A stretch of DNA of 63,503 bases, filler included, from Octopus bimaculoides (lineage: Eukaryota): assembly GCF_001194135.2 (NCBI RefSeq). It is 7 parts of 7 records of this genome, joined end to end, with 100 filler letters (N's around TTAATTAATTAA, not from the genome) between each part and the next. Parts side by side here need not be neighbours in the genome. Positions count along the whole stretch, not along the records: positions 47,499 to 54,698 come from NC_068991.1; positions 54,799 to 61,491 come from NC_069000.1; positions 61,592 to 63,503 come from NC_069002.1; 4 more parts are not named here. One strand, given 5' to 3'. The position numbers were made by a program, and so were the translations under genes. This document shows, one piece after another, positions 49,752 to 61,914 of the stretch (its first letter is position 1; every line of letters begins with the position of its first letter). Below the pieces are notes generated by a model that saw nothing but the letters and a program-made list of their open reading frames with translations, had not been told where the DNA came from and made no database searches.

Positions 49752-51239
49752 TGCCAAACCAGCACAGGGGAAGCTGCTGACCTCCCCTGTTCGAAGGTTA
49801 TAAAGGACACAGGTTCGTGTGTCACATAGCTAGCTAGAGGCGATGGCCTCTTGGAGCTAATCCACGGCAGCATTCGTCCTAATTTTGGGACTACCATGTT
49901 GGCTTGGCGATAACTATTAATTTATATTATATATATNNNNNNNNNNNNNNNNNNNNNNNNNNNNNNNNNNNNNNNNNNNNNNNNNNNNNNNNNNNNNNNN
50001 NNNNNNNNNNNNNNNNNNNNNNNNNNNNNNNNNNNNNNNNNNNNNNNNNNNNNNNNNNNNNNNNNNNNNNNNNNNNNNNNNNNNNNNNNNNNNNNNNNNN
50101 NNNNNNNNNNNNNNNNNNNNNNNNNNNNNNNNNNNNNNNNNNNNNNNNNNNNNNNNNNNNNNNNNNNNNNNNNNNNNNNNNNAATGTTAGCCAAATTCCA
50201 TTGAGCGAATATATAGAAACATGTGGTCAGAAAATGTAACTAATTTTTCCTTTCCACAAATCATATGACACAAGTAAGTTTGGAAGAAAGATGAAAGAAA
50301 AACGGTTTATTAAGATGTTCAAACCTGTTCTGAATGCAAATAACAAAAATATAACAACTAGTTAATGATGTGGATTAAAAAATATCTTTAACATATGAAT
50401 ATAAACAAATTGCAGAAGACTCCCACCAATTGAAATAAAAACGATCGAAACCAACTAAGTTTGCTCACTCATAAAACCATTACATTTAAACCGAAAGTTA
50501 ATTGGTTAAAATAAAGGCAGGATGAATGCTAGTAATATCGGTACGCCCGGCAAACCGTGGCCTTTAAGATGCATGCGGATTGGTCAAAACCGTATTCCAA
50601 AAATTCGGCTTCTTGAGCCTTCTAAGAGGTACAAAATGGAAGACATCAGTTATTTTAATACAGTTGTCAAGAACTCGACTGTCAGTTAAATACATTTTGA
50701 AATCTCATGATTACTACGAACGTATGAAAGCGCTAATTGAACTTTATGAACATTAAAAAATATTTTTCAATGTTTAACACACTTCAACATTGTAAAAAAA
50801 ATAATATTTTTCAAAAAATACCATAATAAGAAACGTGAAAACTAGACAATGTTTTAACTTTATTCAACTGATATATTATTCTATACAAATTTACACAAAT
50901 TCGGAAAATATATATATGTGCGCGCGCGCGCGTGTGCACGTGTGTGTGTGTGAAAAGGTATGAGAAACAAAAGATGTATATATTTGTTCCCTACGTACAT
51001 TTCACCATTCTGGCTATTTGTACCCTCTGCAGTAGGTATTCAAAATTCTTGCACTATGTAAATATAATGCTTTATTGCGTTACGTATACATAAATCAAAT
51101 GCATCAAGCATTCTACCACGATGGTGAAACGCACGTAGGAAATAAATTATATAAATAGCATCTTGTTTTTATCGTATTTTTGGGGGGTTTTTCATGTATT
51201 TTCTCTGTATATAATAACCTGTAATACTAGTCAGTACAG

Positions 51240-51880
51240 TAGTGAGGCTATAGTAGTAACCACACGACTTTGCTAAAAGAACAGGCTGGTTGATGATTCT
51301 CTACATGGGGTTTAAAACTTACTAGTCGTACAATAAGCTACGTATGCCAAACCAACCTGTCGCCACTCACTTCAACACTACAAGTCATTCGATCACTTAC
51401 TTATCAGCGTGCAGCATCGCCGTACAACCTGGATACACATTCTCCAGGAAACGGAATGAACAACGTTCCATATTTGAACTTGGCACCATGTCTCCGACAG
51501 GTTTAAATGAACGTTTTTTTATTCTTGTACAGCTACACTTCGTTTTTTTAGTTCATTAAACCCTTTCTTATCCATAAACTCCTCTCTCATTTCAAATCAT
51601 TCTCGATTTTGCCTGTTTCGCTTCATTCCATTACTTTTCCCGTCTCACACTTTCTCCGACCACTACTTGTTCGTGTACGAAGCTCACGCGGTCCTGTTTA
51701 CATTATTATTTTGCAGCCAATTTATTTTTTTTCAACTTAGAGAATGTAAAACTCTGCTGTCCCTCGTTAAGTTCCTTTCAGCTTTTCACTGAAGAAGGAC
51801 AATATCGAAAACGTTGGATTTTTCCAATCCGCGCAACAAGTTCACTGGGCTTTTTAATTTTTTTTTTTTTACCTATTCTA
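51240..51880 (+). mobile_element. Penelope-like element 3' end: GIY-YIG endonuclease C-terminus and 3' terminal repeat
   Basis: ORF 51344-51559 PVATHFNTTSHSI...RKRNEQRSIFELGTMSPTGLNERF matches the PLE endonuclease C-terminal pattern PVAxHFN..HS..RKxxEQxxIFxLGTLxPxGLN. A hammerhead-like motif follows the stop. Confidence 0.8.
51785..51819 (+). ncRNA. Degenerate minimal hammerhead in PLE 3' repeat
   Basis: CTGAAGA(51789-95)-A-GGA-CAATA-TC-GAAA-ACGTT. Same CAATA loop as the 49705 copy and a palindromic AACGTT. Stem II is one C short and stem I is weak. Confidence 0.5.
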
Positions 51881-52221
51881 CTGCATAAAATAAGTCTTGC
51901 CGGTGCAGACCAACACTAGCCTCTTTGGAGTCTGTTTCACCATATGTATGTATATGTACGTAATGGGTTCGGAATACTATATTCAGTATACTATAATGGG
52001 GAGTGTCAGTTTCTCAACGAAAGATGCAGCTAAATGGTAATCCATTAAACCAAACGGAGAAGATTTCTATTTGCTTTCGTATTTGAAGTTGACAGTGGGC
52101 GTTGCTTCTGCTCCTAACTATTAAAATATTATTCTGCAATAATAATACATACATACATACATACATACATACATACATACAAATCTACATACATACACAC
52201 ATACATACAAACATACATATG

Positions 52222-52273
<52 letters not shown>

Positions 52274-52471
52274 TATATTTAGATATACATACATATACAT
52301 ATAAGTATATATGTATGTGTATATGTATATATATATGTATACCCACCTGTATATATTATATGTATGCATGTATGTCTGTATCTACTATCTAGCCTGGAAT
52401 ATAAGAGTGCACTTCTGTATTTTGACCTCTTAACGATCTATCTATATATAGATACAAATGTTTATACATGT

Positions 52472-52502
<31 letters not shown>

Positions 52503-52526
52503 TGTATATATGCATGTGTATATTTG

Positions 52527-52588
<62 letters not shown>

Positions 52589-52989
52589 ATATAAGGTCCG
52601 CATACAGATGTGTGTATATGTGCGTTGTGTTCTTCTAGCACTAATTCACCTATTATTATATAGTTACTTCTCTTCAAACGAAAATACAGATTAACAAGGG
52701 AGCGACAAAGAATGCGATAATCAGTCTTATCTCGAGATACAATTAGAGACTTAGAAGAGAAATAAATAGACGAAGATAAGATATTACAGAGCTTTACCAA
52801 AAAGAGCAGATGCAATAACAACGCAATCAACAACAACAACAGCAAGAACGACAGCAACAACAAACACCGGTGATGGATCAAAAACGTTAATGTATATCAC
52901 TAAAGGGGAAAAAAATTAAAATCATGGAGAGCAGATCTGAAGTTGTTTATATATTAAGTTATATATTCGCTGTTGTTGTTGTTGTTGCA

Positions 52990-53153
<164 letters not shown>

Positions 53154-53154
53154 G

Positions 53155-53345
53155 TCGTTGAACTGGCAGAATCGTTAGCACGCCGGGCGAAATGCTGAGC
53201 GCTATTTTGTCTGCCGCTACATTCTGAGTTCAAATTCCACCGAGGTCGATATTGTCTTTTATCCTTTCGAGGTCGATTAAGTAAGTATTAGTTACGCACT
53301 GGGGTCGACGTAATTTGAGGCGCTGAGTTTCCAGTAGAAAGGATT
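53155..53345 (+). mobile_element. SINE family A embedded in a (TTA)n array
   Basis: GAACTGGCAGAATCGTTAGCACGCCGGGCG...GAGTTCAAATTCC...AGTAGAAAGGATTATT. Confidence 0.9.
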
Positions 53346-53365
53346 ATTACTGTTGTTGCTGTTGC

Positions 53366-53417
<52 letters not shown>

Positions 53418-53490
53418 GCCTCTGCACAGCTTCGAACGCTGGAGATGTTCTACGGTGCCAGCTGTTCACTACCAGTTAAGAAGGATGCTG
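53418..53490 (-). mobile_element. 3' UTR of an R4/Dong-type non-LTR element, followed by (TAA)n
   Basis: Revcomp ACTGGTAGTGAACAGCTGGCACCGTAGAACATCTC...GTGCAGAGGC matches the 3' UTR at about 63105-63165. Confidence 0.75.
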
Positions 53491-54049
53491 AATGGTCGCA
53501 AGAACTGAAACAAACACTAGTCTGTCCAAAAACAGACAGAACTAGTCGTTTCAGTTAGGGAAGTGGAGGAAATTAGCCCAAAAATGGGCAACTGGAAAGC
53601 CCCGGGACCGGTAAGTTACGGGGAAGTTAACACNNNNNNNNNNNNNNNNNNNNNNNNNNNNNNNNNNNNNNNNNNNNNNNNNNNNNNNNNNNNNNNNNNN
53701 NNNNNNNNNNNNNNNNNNNNNNNNNNNNNNNNNNNNNNNNNNNNNNNNNNNNNNNNNNNNNNNNNNNNNNNNNNNNNNNNNNNNNNNNNNNNNNNNNNNN
53801 NNNNNNNNNNNNNNNNNNNNNNNNNNNNNNNNNNNNNNNNNNNNNNNNNNNNNNNNNNNNNNNNNNNNNNNNNNNNNNNNNNNNNNNNNNNNNNNNNNNN
53901 NNNNNNNNNNNNNNNNNNNNNNNNNNNNNNNNNNNNNNNNNNNNNNNNNNNNNNNNNNNNNNNNNNNNNNNNNNNNNNNNNNNNNNNNNNNNNNNNNNNN
54001 NNNNNNNNNNNNNNNNNNNNNNNNNNNNNNNNNNNNNNNNNNNNNNNNN

Positions 54050-54093
<44 letters not shown>

Positions 54094-54798
54094 TTATACA
54101 CACACATACGCACGTACAAATATATGTGTGTGTATGTGTTTCAGCTACTATGTAAGTGAGTGTGTACGTATATATGTGTGTAGGTGTGTGTATATGCATG
54201 CAATGTATGTATGTAGCTTAATAATCGGACTTCACACCCGAGTTTCGTATGTTGCTACTAACCATACAATGCACGAAACTCTCGGCTTGATAGTCACTCT
54301 GCAACTTCTGTCGATTACTAATAATAATAATAAAAAACATATATATCATGTTTTGAGTTCTATTTTCCTGATTGTATCATCAAACCTCTCCCGCTCCTCT
54401 TTCTCTTCCTCTCTGATATAGCCATATCACGTGATTTCGAATTTTGAATCCCAGGTGCAGTAAGAGTCACTGACGAGGCGCAGTAAGGGCCACTGACGAA
54501 AACTAAGATGCTCTGCATCAGAATTCGAGATCACAAGATATGGCTATATCTGAAACCGTAGGGAGCTTTGCCTCCCTTAACTTACTAAGCGCCTTTGTGA
54601 CTAATGACTCGTTTTTACTCTTATTTCTTGCAATGCTTGTAGTACATTGTACTCTTCGTTACTTTAGTGGCGTCCATATATATATATATATATATATANN
54701 NNNNNNNNNNNNNNNNNNNNNNNNNNNNNNNNNNNNNNNNNNTTAATTAATTAANNNNNNNNNNNNNNNNNNNNNNNNNNNNNNNNNNNNNNNNNNNN

Positions 54799-55075
54799 TG
54801 TCTTTGTATGTTTTGGGTGATTGGAGGTGAACAGAAGGTATTGCTTGGAATCAGTCGGTTTGTAATGAATATCAGTCTCAATGCTGGTACCCATTTTTAT
54901 AATGAGAATGTCAAGAAAAGGAAGTTGGTCTTGACTGTATTCCATTGTAAATTGGATATGGTTGTTGACACTGTTAATTAGAGTTTTGAAGTCAAAGAGT
55001 TGGTCGAGTGTGTGGGACCATAGGATGAGGCAATCATCCAAGTAACGTTTCCAATTCTTCAACAGGTATTGGTGG
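54799..55075 (-). mobile_element. Penelope-like element RT/thumb fragment
   Basis: WKRYLDDCLILW...IQFTMEYSQDQLPFLDILI...HYKPTDSKQYLLFTSNHPKHTK are canonical PLE RT C-terminal motifs. Confidence 0.9.
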
Positions 55076-55474
55076 AAAGACATACATATATATATGGTAT
55101 TTATATAAGCTTATAGCAATTACCATGCAATGACTAAGAAAAATAGTCTAATAATGGGGCATATAAACCCTTAACAGAAAAAAGTAGGCTTTCCTATCCG
55201 TGTGGGACTCGAAACCACATCCCTAAGCGTGTTACCATTACACCAGTGAATCAGCCTCCCTGTTTCTGTCAAATTTAAGAACTATATTAGTTTGTATTTA
55301 TTCTTTGTAAACAAACTTCTATGTTCTTTCAGTGTGAAGGGCTTTGTTATATGGTGCCAAGTTTTACGGTCCTATAATAATGGTATTTATATAAGCTTAA
55401 AGTGGATAGAAAAGCCTACTATTTTCCCAAGTCATTGCATGGTGATGGCTATAAGCTTTAAGCTTATATAAGAG

Positions 55475-56118
55475 ATGGAAATCTGAGGTGCTAAATCTGG
55501 TGAACAGGACAGGTGCGGAAGCAATACCAAGTTGTTTTTGGCAAGAAACTCATGAGTGAGGAGGGCTCAATGACAGGGTGTATTGTCATGAAGAATCCAA
55601 TTCTTCATGCTCCATGGATCCAGTGGCTTTTACTGAATGTCATCCCTTGAATGCTTCAAAACATTGCAGTAGAACTCTTGATTTATGGTCTGGCCCAGGG
55701 GTACAAATTCTCAATGCACAATACCACATTTCTGGAGGTGACACTCATAGCAGGTCTTCCAGATCATTCATCATCTTCCAGGAACGCTCTTCCAGTGCCA
55801 CTCAAAACATTGCATACAACCCATTGCCATAAGCTTGCTGAAGCATGCTCAATGTCTCTGTAGCAGACTTCCCAAGTTTAATGCAAAATTTCACATTGAC
55901 ACTTTGTTCCTGTCCCTGAAAAAATTGCAGATTACACCATACATGTGCTCACAAAAACACAAATTTCACAACTTGCGAATTAAACAGTGATATCATCACT
56001 CAGCACAATACCTCATGTAGGTCACTGTCAGCTCTCACTGTGCACATAACTGTGTGCTGCCATCTGTCGGTGTGCTACAGAACTAGTCCAGGAAATTTTT
56101 GGTGCCACTTCACCCATG
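55475..56118 (-). mobile_element. Internally deleted mariner remnant
   Basis: Minus-strand EQSVNVKFCIKLGKSATETLSMLQQAYG (N-terminal HTH) and WILHDNTPCH*ALLTHEFLAKNNLVLLPHLSCSPDLAP (catalytic region). Confidence 0.8.
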
Positions 56119-56375
56119 TACAAATGTTTTTTAAATGAACATATTTCCAGAAGAAAATTAAACTTGCATAATGAGCTGAAATTTGATCAATGAAATTTGA
56201 TCAATGAAATTTGATCAATGAACCACAAGCAGACTATGCATGCATATATATGCATGCCTGACTGGCACCCATTTGCTCATTCAATTGAAAGTTGAACAGC
56301 AAACTCTTAGGTACGTACAAGTACTGGAAGAGCATATGCAAGCAATTTGCTAAATGAACAAATTTTTAGAATATA

Positions 56376-57704
56376 TAGGGTGTTCTATAATGTGTGCCGA
56401 ATTAGTATTGGGCAACACTTTTGTGTTTTGAAGTTTGAAAGCATGCTTTTATCATATTTGCTATCTCTCTTCACTCTGATTAATAGTTTTTTGTTTGTTT
56501 TTCAGAATAGTGTGCAGTGTGTCATGGAGCAGTTTACAACTGAGCAATGCATTCTCATCATAAAGATATTTTACCAAAACAGAGAAAGTGCAATGCAAAC
56601 AGCTCCAACACTTTGTTCCATTTTGGGGAGAAATGAAGTACCCAACGAGTCTACGGTTCGCAGACCAATGATGAAGTTTAAAACAACTGATTCAGTTGCA
56701 ACAGCCAAATTGCCTGTGTAGAATCATTCTCATTGGACAGAGTAACAAATTGCTGTTGTGCAAGACAGTGTCACGCTGAGTCCAGGAAAATCAATTTACT
56801 GACATTCGTAGCAGTTGGGCATCCCGATCACTTCCTTACATCGAATTTTGCATAAAGATCTTCATTTGCATGCATACAAAATTCAACTTATGCAGAATCT
56901 TCAGTTACCTGACCATGGGAGGTGAAGGAAATTTGCTGACTGGGTTGTGGAGAGACTTGCAGCTGAGGAAAATTTTGCAAAGAAAACATCTTCAGTGACG
57001 AGGCCCACTTCTACTTGAGTGGATTTGTCAATAAACAGAACTGCCAGATTTGGGGAAAGGAAAATCTTCACATAATACAAGAGCATGAAATGCATCCACT
57101 GAAAGTGACTATGTGGTGTGACTTTTGGGCAGGTGGAGTGCTTGGACCGTTCTTCTTTGAAAATGATGAGGGGAATGCAGTTACCATTAATGGAGAACAT
57201 TATTAAGACATGATATCCACTCAGTTATGGCTGACCTTGGAAGATTCGGAGATTGACAACCTCTGGTTTCAACAGGATGGAGTGACCTGCCACATGTCAT
57301 GCCAAACACTTGCATTACTCCACGAAAAATTTCTGCAACAAGTGATATCCTTGCATGGTGACCAGCAATGGCCACCAAGGCCCTGCAATCTTACCCCTTG
57401 TAATTTCTTCTTATGGGGATATGTGAAATCACAGGTATGCGTCAAGAAATCATGCAAATTCCTGAACTGAAATCAGGCGTGTGATTAGAGGCATTGGGCC
57501 ACACATCTGTGAGAGACTTATCGGAATTTCGAGGAGCGCATTATTGTATGCAGACTGAGTGCAGGTGGATATATGACCAACATTGCATTTCATACCTAAA
57601 TGGGAGACATAACTCATTAGAAATATGCAGAATATAACCATGTTTATAAGATTTCATTTTAATTAATCACCTTTCAAATTCAGCACCCTTTATGGAACAC
57701 CTTG
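56376..57704 (+). mobile_element. Tc1/mariner DD41D (rosa/Visitor-type) transposon, decayed full length
   Basis: TIRs TAGGGTGTTCTATAATGTGTGCCGAATT and revcomp CAAGGTGTTCCATAAAGGGTGCTGAATT, with TA on both sides. Motifs SDEAHF, VNKQNCQIWG, WFQQDG and WPPRPCNLTPCNFFLWGYVK. I count 41 residues between the second Asp and the third catalytic position (here mutated to Asn). Confidence 0.9.
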
Positions 57705-58729
57705 TATAATAATTTATTAAGAAATTGTGCAGCAAACAGTTTTACTTTTTGTGGGTTTTTTATCTGAAGAAAACTATATTCAGTCAACAAGGTGAAAATT
57801 TTAATAACAAACTGCAAGTAGGCTAGGTACTGGAAGAGCATTTACAAAGAGTATGCTAAATGATCAAATTGTACAGCAAGCAGTTTTTATGAAAATAGTT
57901 ATATTTACCCAATGAATTGAAGTTTGAACAACAAACCACAAGTAGACCACACACATATGTAAGTGGCTAGGAGATTATGTACAACCAGTTCATCAATATT
58001 GATGTGAATTGCATATTTTACATAGAAAATTATAAGTATAGATTGACAGAACTAAGACAAAGGGTAAAATGCATACTCACACATGCACACACACACACAC
58101 ACACATGTGACAACACACAAAACTCTCAGACTTTGAATCACTCTGTTACTTCTGCTTAGTATTAGTAAAATATACATATATATTTATGAGCTGTATTTGC
58201 TGGTATATAAGACACACAGCTCACAAGATGTACCCTTATTTTACAACTATATTTTGTGGATAAAAAATAAATTTATGTTTCATCATACATTTATTGACAG
58301 TTATTTAGGGAAAATTCATGATTCTGTACTTGTAAATACAATACTGTGACAGTATACTGGAATAAAGTATGAAACTATAAATTTTTTATATATAAACTAT
58401 TATATGAGTACTGCATTTTATTTTTGTCTTCTTTCAAATTAACCATGTAGTTGTTTATATTTTGGTTGAGAGAATTGCTATATAGGAGTTTACTGCTATG
58501 GTTTTGTTGTCGTCTATTTGTTGCAAATAGCTGATAGGTGGATGGAAATTTAACATTCTTTTCAGCTTTTTAGGAGAGTTTCCATTTAGATAACTAAAAC
58601 AATGTTCAAACACAGTCATTAAATAATTTAAGACACATTTGAGGTGTGTCTTATGTATGCTGGGGAAGGAGGTATGATGAGGTGATGTGACCACACCACA
58701 AAACTGCTGGCAAACCATGAGCAATTTTT

Positions 58730-59975
58730 TATGAGTTCATATTAATAGGCTGTGATATTTTGGCTTCTTTACAATATTTTATAGTTAGTGACAGTTGTTG
58801 TGCTCCAATTTGGGCACATACCAGCTTCCTCTTACTGGGTCTTCTGTTCTTACCCTCTCTAGGATCTCCTGCATCATTGTCACCATTCTCTCCCCAACTT
58901 TGTTTCCCCAGCTTGCCCCATCTGCTCATCTCTTAACATAGCTGCATGCTTCTCAAAGTCACCCCATGATTGCATAGTGACCTTCCATTCTCCCACACAT
59001 CAAGAATAATTCTCATCTGTTGATGCTGATGCCCAGTTCAGGAACCTCATTTCCTCTCTGAAATATTAACACATTCGTTTTGTCTTTTTGAAGCTTGAAC
59101 CCCAGTGCAGCTCCTCCAAACATTGGCTTCGGTGATTTCACCTTTAACACAAACTTCTTCAGGTAACCTATGGCCCCTGTGGAAGACACTACAGTTTCAT
59201 CTTTATAGGAATCGGTGGCCTTTTTTACCTTGTCCACCTTTCCCTGGATAGATTTGAGCACTGTTGCCATGAACTTTGGTGCTGAATTCAACCTGAAACC
59301 TAGCTTAGTCAAACAATATGTCTGGCCCTTATGTCTCACTAGCTGATACTTCCACATTTCTCCTTCACATGGAGCTACAGATATGCTGACTTCAAGTCGA
59401 CAATTGTTGCAGCCCTTGTCATCTGTCTCTATTCTTTCACTGTTTCTCCACAGACATCAGAACCTTGTTGCCCGATACATAGCCATTCATCTTTCAAAAG
59501 TCCAGTACCGGCCTGACCTTGCCCTTCATTGGCTGCCATTAGCAGCAGCACTCCACTCTTCACTTTCTCCTTCCACAGGATTAAGATACCCTCTTTGATC
59601 CATCCCTCTACCTCTCCTTCAGACTCGCTCCTGGTATCTCCTTTCAGGATATGCTGATAACAGCTTAGCCTGTAGCTCAGCATCTGGGTCTCTCTTTTCC
59701 AGTGCCACTCAACTGTTCACCACTGGCTGTTGAACACTGTCAGAAAATCTTTATTTTCAAAGGTGTAATCAGTACAATTCTCCGCGAAGCACTGCCTACT
59801 CTCTTGTTGCAGACTCATAGTGCATGATGCCCCTGTGCCACCACAGGAAACCATGTCTCCATTAACAATGACACCTCCTAGGTGGTTGATCATGTTCATG
59901 CCTATTACCACATCAATTCCATGTACCACACAGTTCACCATTACTCAGAGCCTTGAACTCCTTTTAGCTATGCCT
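58730..59975 (-). mobile_element. Ty3/Gypsy-like pol remnant (protease-RT), frameshifted
   Basis: GIDVVIGMNMINHLGGV, EVEGWIKEGILILW..GVLLLMA, and WKYQLVRHKGQTYCLTKLGFRLNSAPKFM..ATDSY. Confidence 0.75.
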
Positions 59976-60380
59976 TACCACGTGTTAGGAGAGATGTTGG
60001 CATCTCTCAAGGAAATCTTCAGCAAGTCTTTATATCTCTTTTTTGGTTTATGTGGAGGTCGTTTTCCTTTAGCTAACTCTCCATAAAAGAGTTGCTTTGG
60101 AATCCTTGTATCTTTCATCCTGACCAGATGACCACTCCATCTGAGCCTTTGCTTTGACACAAGAGCTTCTACACTTTCACACCGAGAGCTTTACGAGAAC
60201 TTTACGAGAGGAAATGAATGCTGCAGATTTTGGGGAAGATTGGTCGACCCTCAAAAAGTCAGTTTATGATATAGGCAGGAAAGTTCTGGGATTGATACAA
60301 AGAAAGCATCAAGATTGGTTTAAACAAAATGATGAACAGATAGATGATTTATTGGCTGTTAAAAGACGTACTTTGTCACG
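59975..60380. mobile_element. RTE-clade LINE fragments in opposite orientations
   Basis: Minus 59975-60165: QRLRWSGHLVRMKDTRIPKQLFYGELAKGKRPPHKPKKRYKD (RTE C-terminus). Plus 60166-60380: WSTLK..LGLIQRKHQDWFKQNDEQIDDLL (EN-RT linker). Confidence 0.85.
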
Positions 60381-60516
60381 CTACATACATACATACATAC
60401 ATATATATATTGTTGTATTTGGGGATGGTCATGTTGCCAGTTTAGCCAATAAAAACACATGCACTATATATTTGGTGTTAATTTGCTTCAGCTTTATATT
60501 ACATTAATCGTATTTC

Positions 60517-60561
60517 GGCCAGAGTTCTTTCGTCACACTTCTGTGACCTCAGCAGTGGTCC
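60517..60561 (-). ncRNA. Type I hammerhead ribozyme with A6>C core mutation
   Basis: GGACCA-CTGCTGA-G-GTCACA-GAAG-TGTGAC-GAAA-GAACTC|TGGCC. Same stem II as 44877 with a different loop, G-C stem III, CUC triplet, stem I GG(A)CCA/TGGCC. Confidence 0.7.
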
Positions 60562-60779
60562 TTTGCTTTCTTCTTTCTTATTTGTGTGTCCCTCCTTACT
60601 AACGATCAGCCATTTTGTATTTTGTATTCCTATTGTATGTGTCTATGTTTGCGCATGCGTATCCCTCTATGTGTGTCTATGTTTAGTGATTGCATGTGTG
60701 TGTATGGGGAGTGCCTGTATTATCTGTATCCCCTGTTTATATATGTTCATTTAATTTGTTTTTATTTATTTGTTCATGT

Positions 60780-61490
60780 GTTCATCAGGTAAAGAAAATG
60801 ATTGCACATGCACTACGAGCTAGTATAAGAGTTACCCTAAAAGGCCACACGTTTAAGTTTAACAACAAAATATATGCCCAGGACGAGGGGGCAGCCATCG
60901 ATATTAGTATCGCCAGTGATGTAGCCAACCTTTTCATGGTATGGTGGGACAGAAAGCTTAAGGAACGCCTAACACAGGACTCCATACTTGTGAATATGTA
61001 CTCTCGATATGTCAATGATATCAACGTAGTGGTAAAGACACCCCCACAAGAGAGTACTCTTGAAATAGAAATAGAAACTAATACTATGGAGAGCATCCAG
61101 CAAATAGCTAACTCCATCCACCAGAGTATTAAGGTCACGATAGACTACCCCACTAAACACCCTAACCATAGACTACTAGTACCAAATACAGAACTCTGGC
61201 TGGAAACTGAGAATAATAAAACCCGAATCCTTCATTCACACTATGCCAAACCTATGGCCTCCAAATACCTGATCCACCGGAACTCAGCTATCGCGGACAA
61301 TGCCAAATTCAATATATTGATGGCAGACCTCGTCAGAGTAATGCGAAATGTGTCCCGCATGTGCGACCCTACAGGGTTAAAGAGACATATACAACATTTC
61401 GTTCACTGCATGCAGTTCTCAGGTTACAGCCATAAAGAAAGGTTCAGAGTATACAAAGGAGCTATGAGGAAATTTGAAACCATCAAACAT
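60780..61490 (+). mobile_element. Penelope-like element RT fragment (second clade)
   Basis: HTFKFNNKIYAQDEGAAI..ASDVANLFMVWWD..YSRYVNDI..DYP..HSHYAKPMASKYLI..MQFSGY are RT motifs of PLE type. Confidence 0.8.
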
Positions 61491-61608
61491 ANNNNNNNNN
61501 NNNNNNNNNNNNNNNNNNNNNNNNNNNNNNNNNNNTTAATTAATTAANNNNNNNNNNNNNNNNNNNNNNNNNNNNNNNNNNNNNNNNNNNNTTACAAATA
61601 TATATAAC

Positions 61609-61770
61609 ATACAGAAAATTGCACTACTGGGCACTGCACACATCCTACGCAAAACACTTTCAATACAGTAACCATAAGAGTACCACAGCAAACCACAGCA
61701 CATACCCAAGGCGCACAGAGCTGCGCTCGGTAGTGAAGTGTAAGCACGTTATAAAAATAAAACTACTGAA
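61609..61770 (+). mobile_element. R4/Dong-type element 3' end (subfamily 1)
   Basis: IQKIALLGTAHILRKTLSIQ* is a typical restriction-like endonuclease C-terminus. Followed by a short 3' UTR and then (TAA)n. Confidence 0.8.
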
Positions 61771-61801
61771 CAATAATAATAATAATAGTAATAATAATAA
61801 T

Positions 61802-61834
<33 letters not shown>

Positions 61835-61849
61835 AAGAAGAAGAAGAAG

Positions 61850-61881
<32 letters not shown>

Positions 61882-61900
61882 GAAGAAGAAGAAAAAGAAG
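61771..61900. repeat. (AAT)n followed in phase by (AAG)n
   Basis: Direct inspection. Confidence 0.95.
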
Positions 61901-61914
61901 AATGACAGATAAAC

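Noticed and set aside
51401-51489. Apparent minus-strand first exon MVPSSNMERCSFRFLENVYPGCTAMLHAD with a GTAAGT donor
   Set aside because: It is the antisense of the PLE GIY-YIG C-terminal coding sequence on the plus strand, so the open frame and donor are probably incidental.
57766-57795. CTGAAGAAAACTATATTCAGTCAAC as another hammerhead
   Set aside because: Needs at least three changes (no GAAA, broken stem II) and has no stem I. Too degenerate to call.
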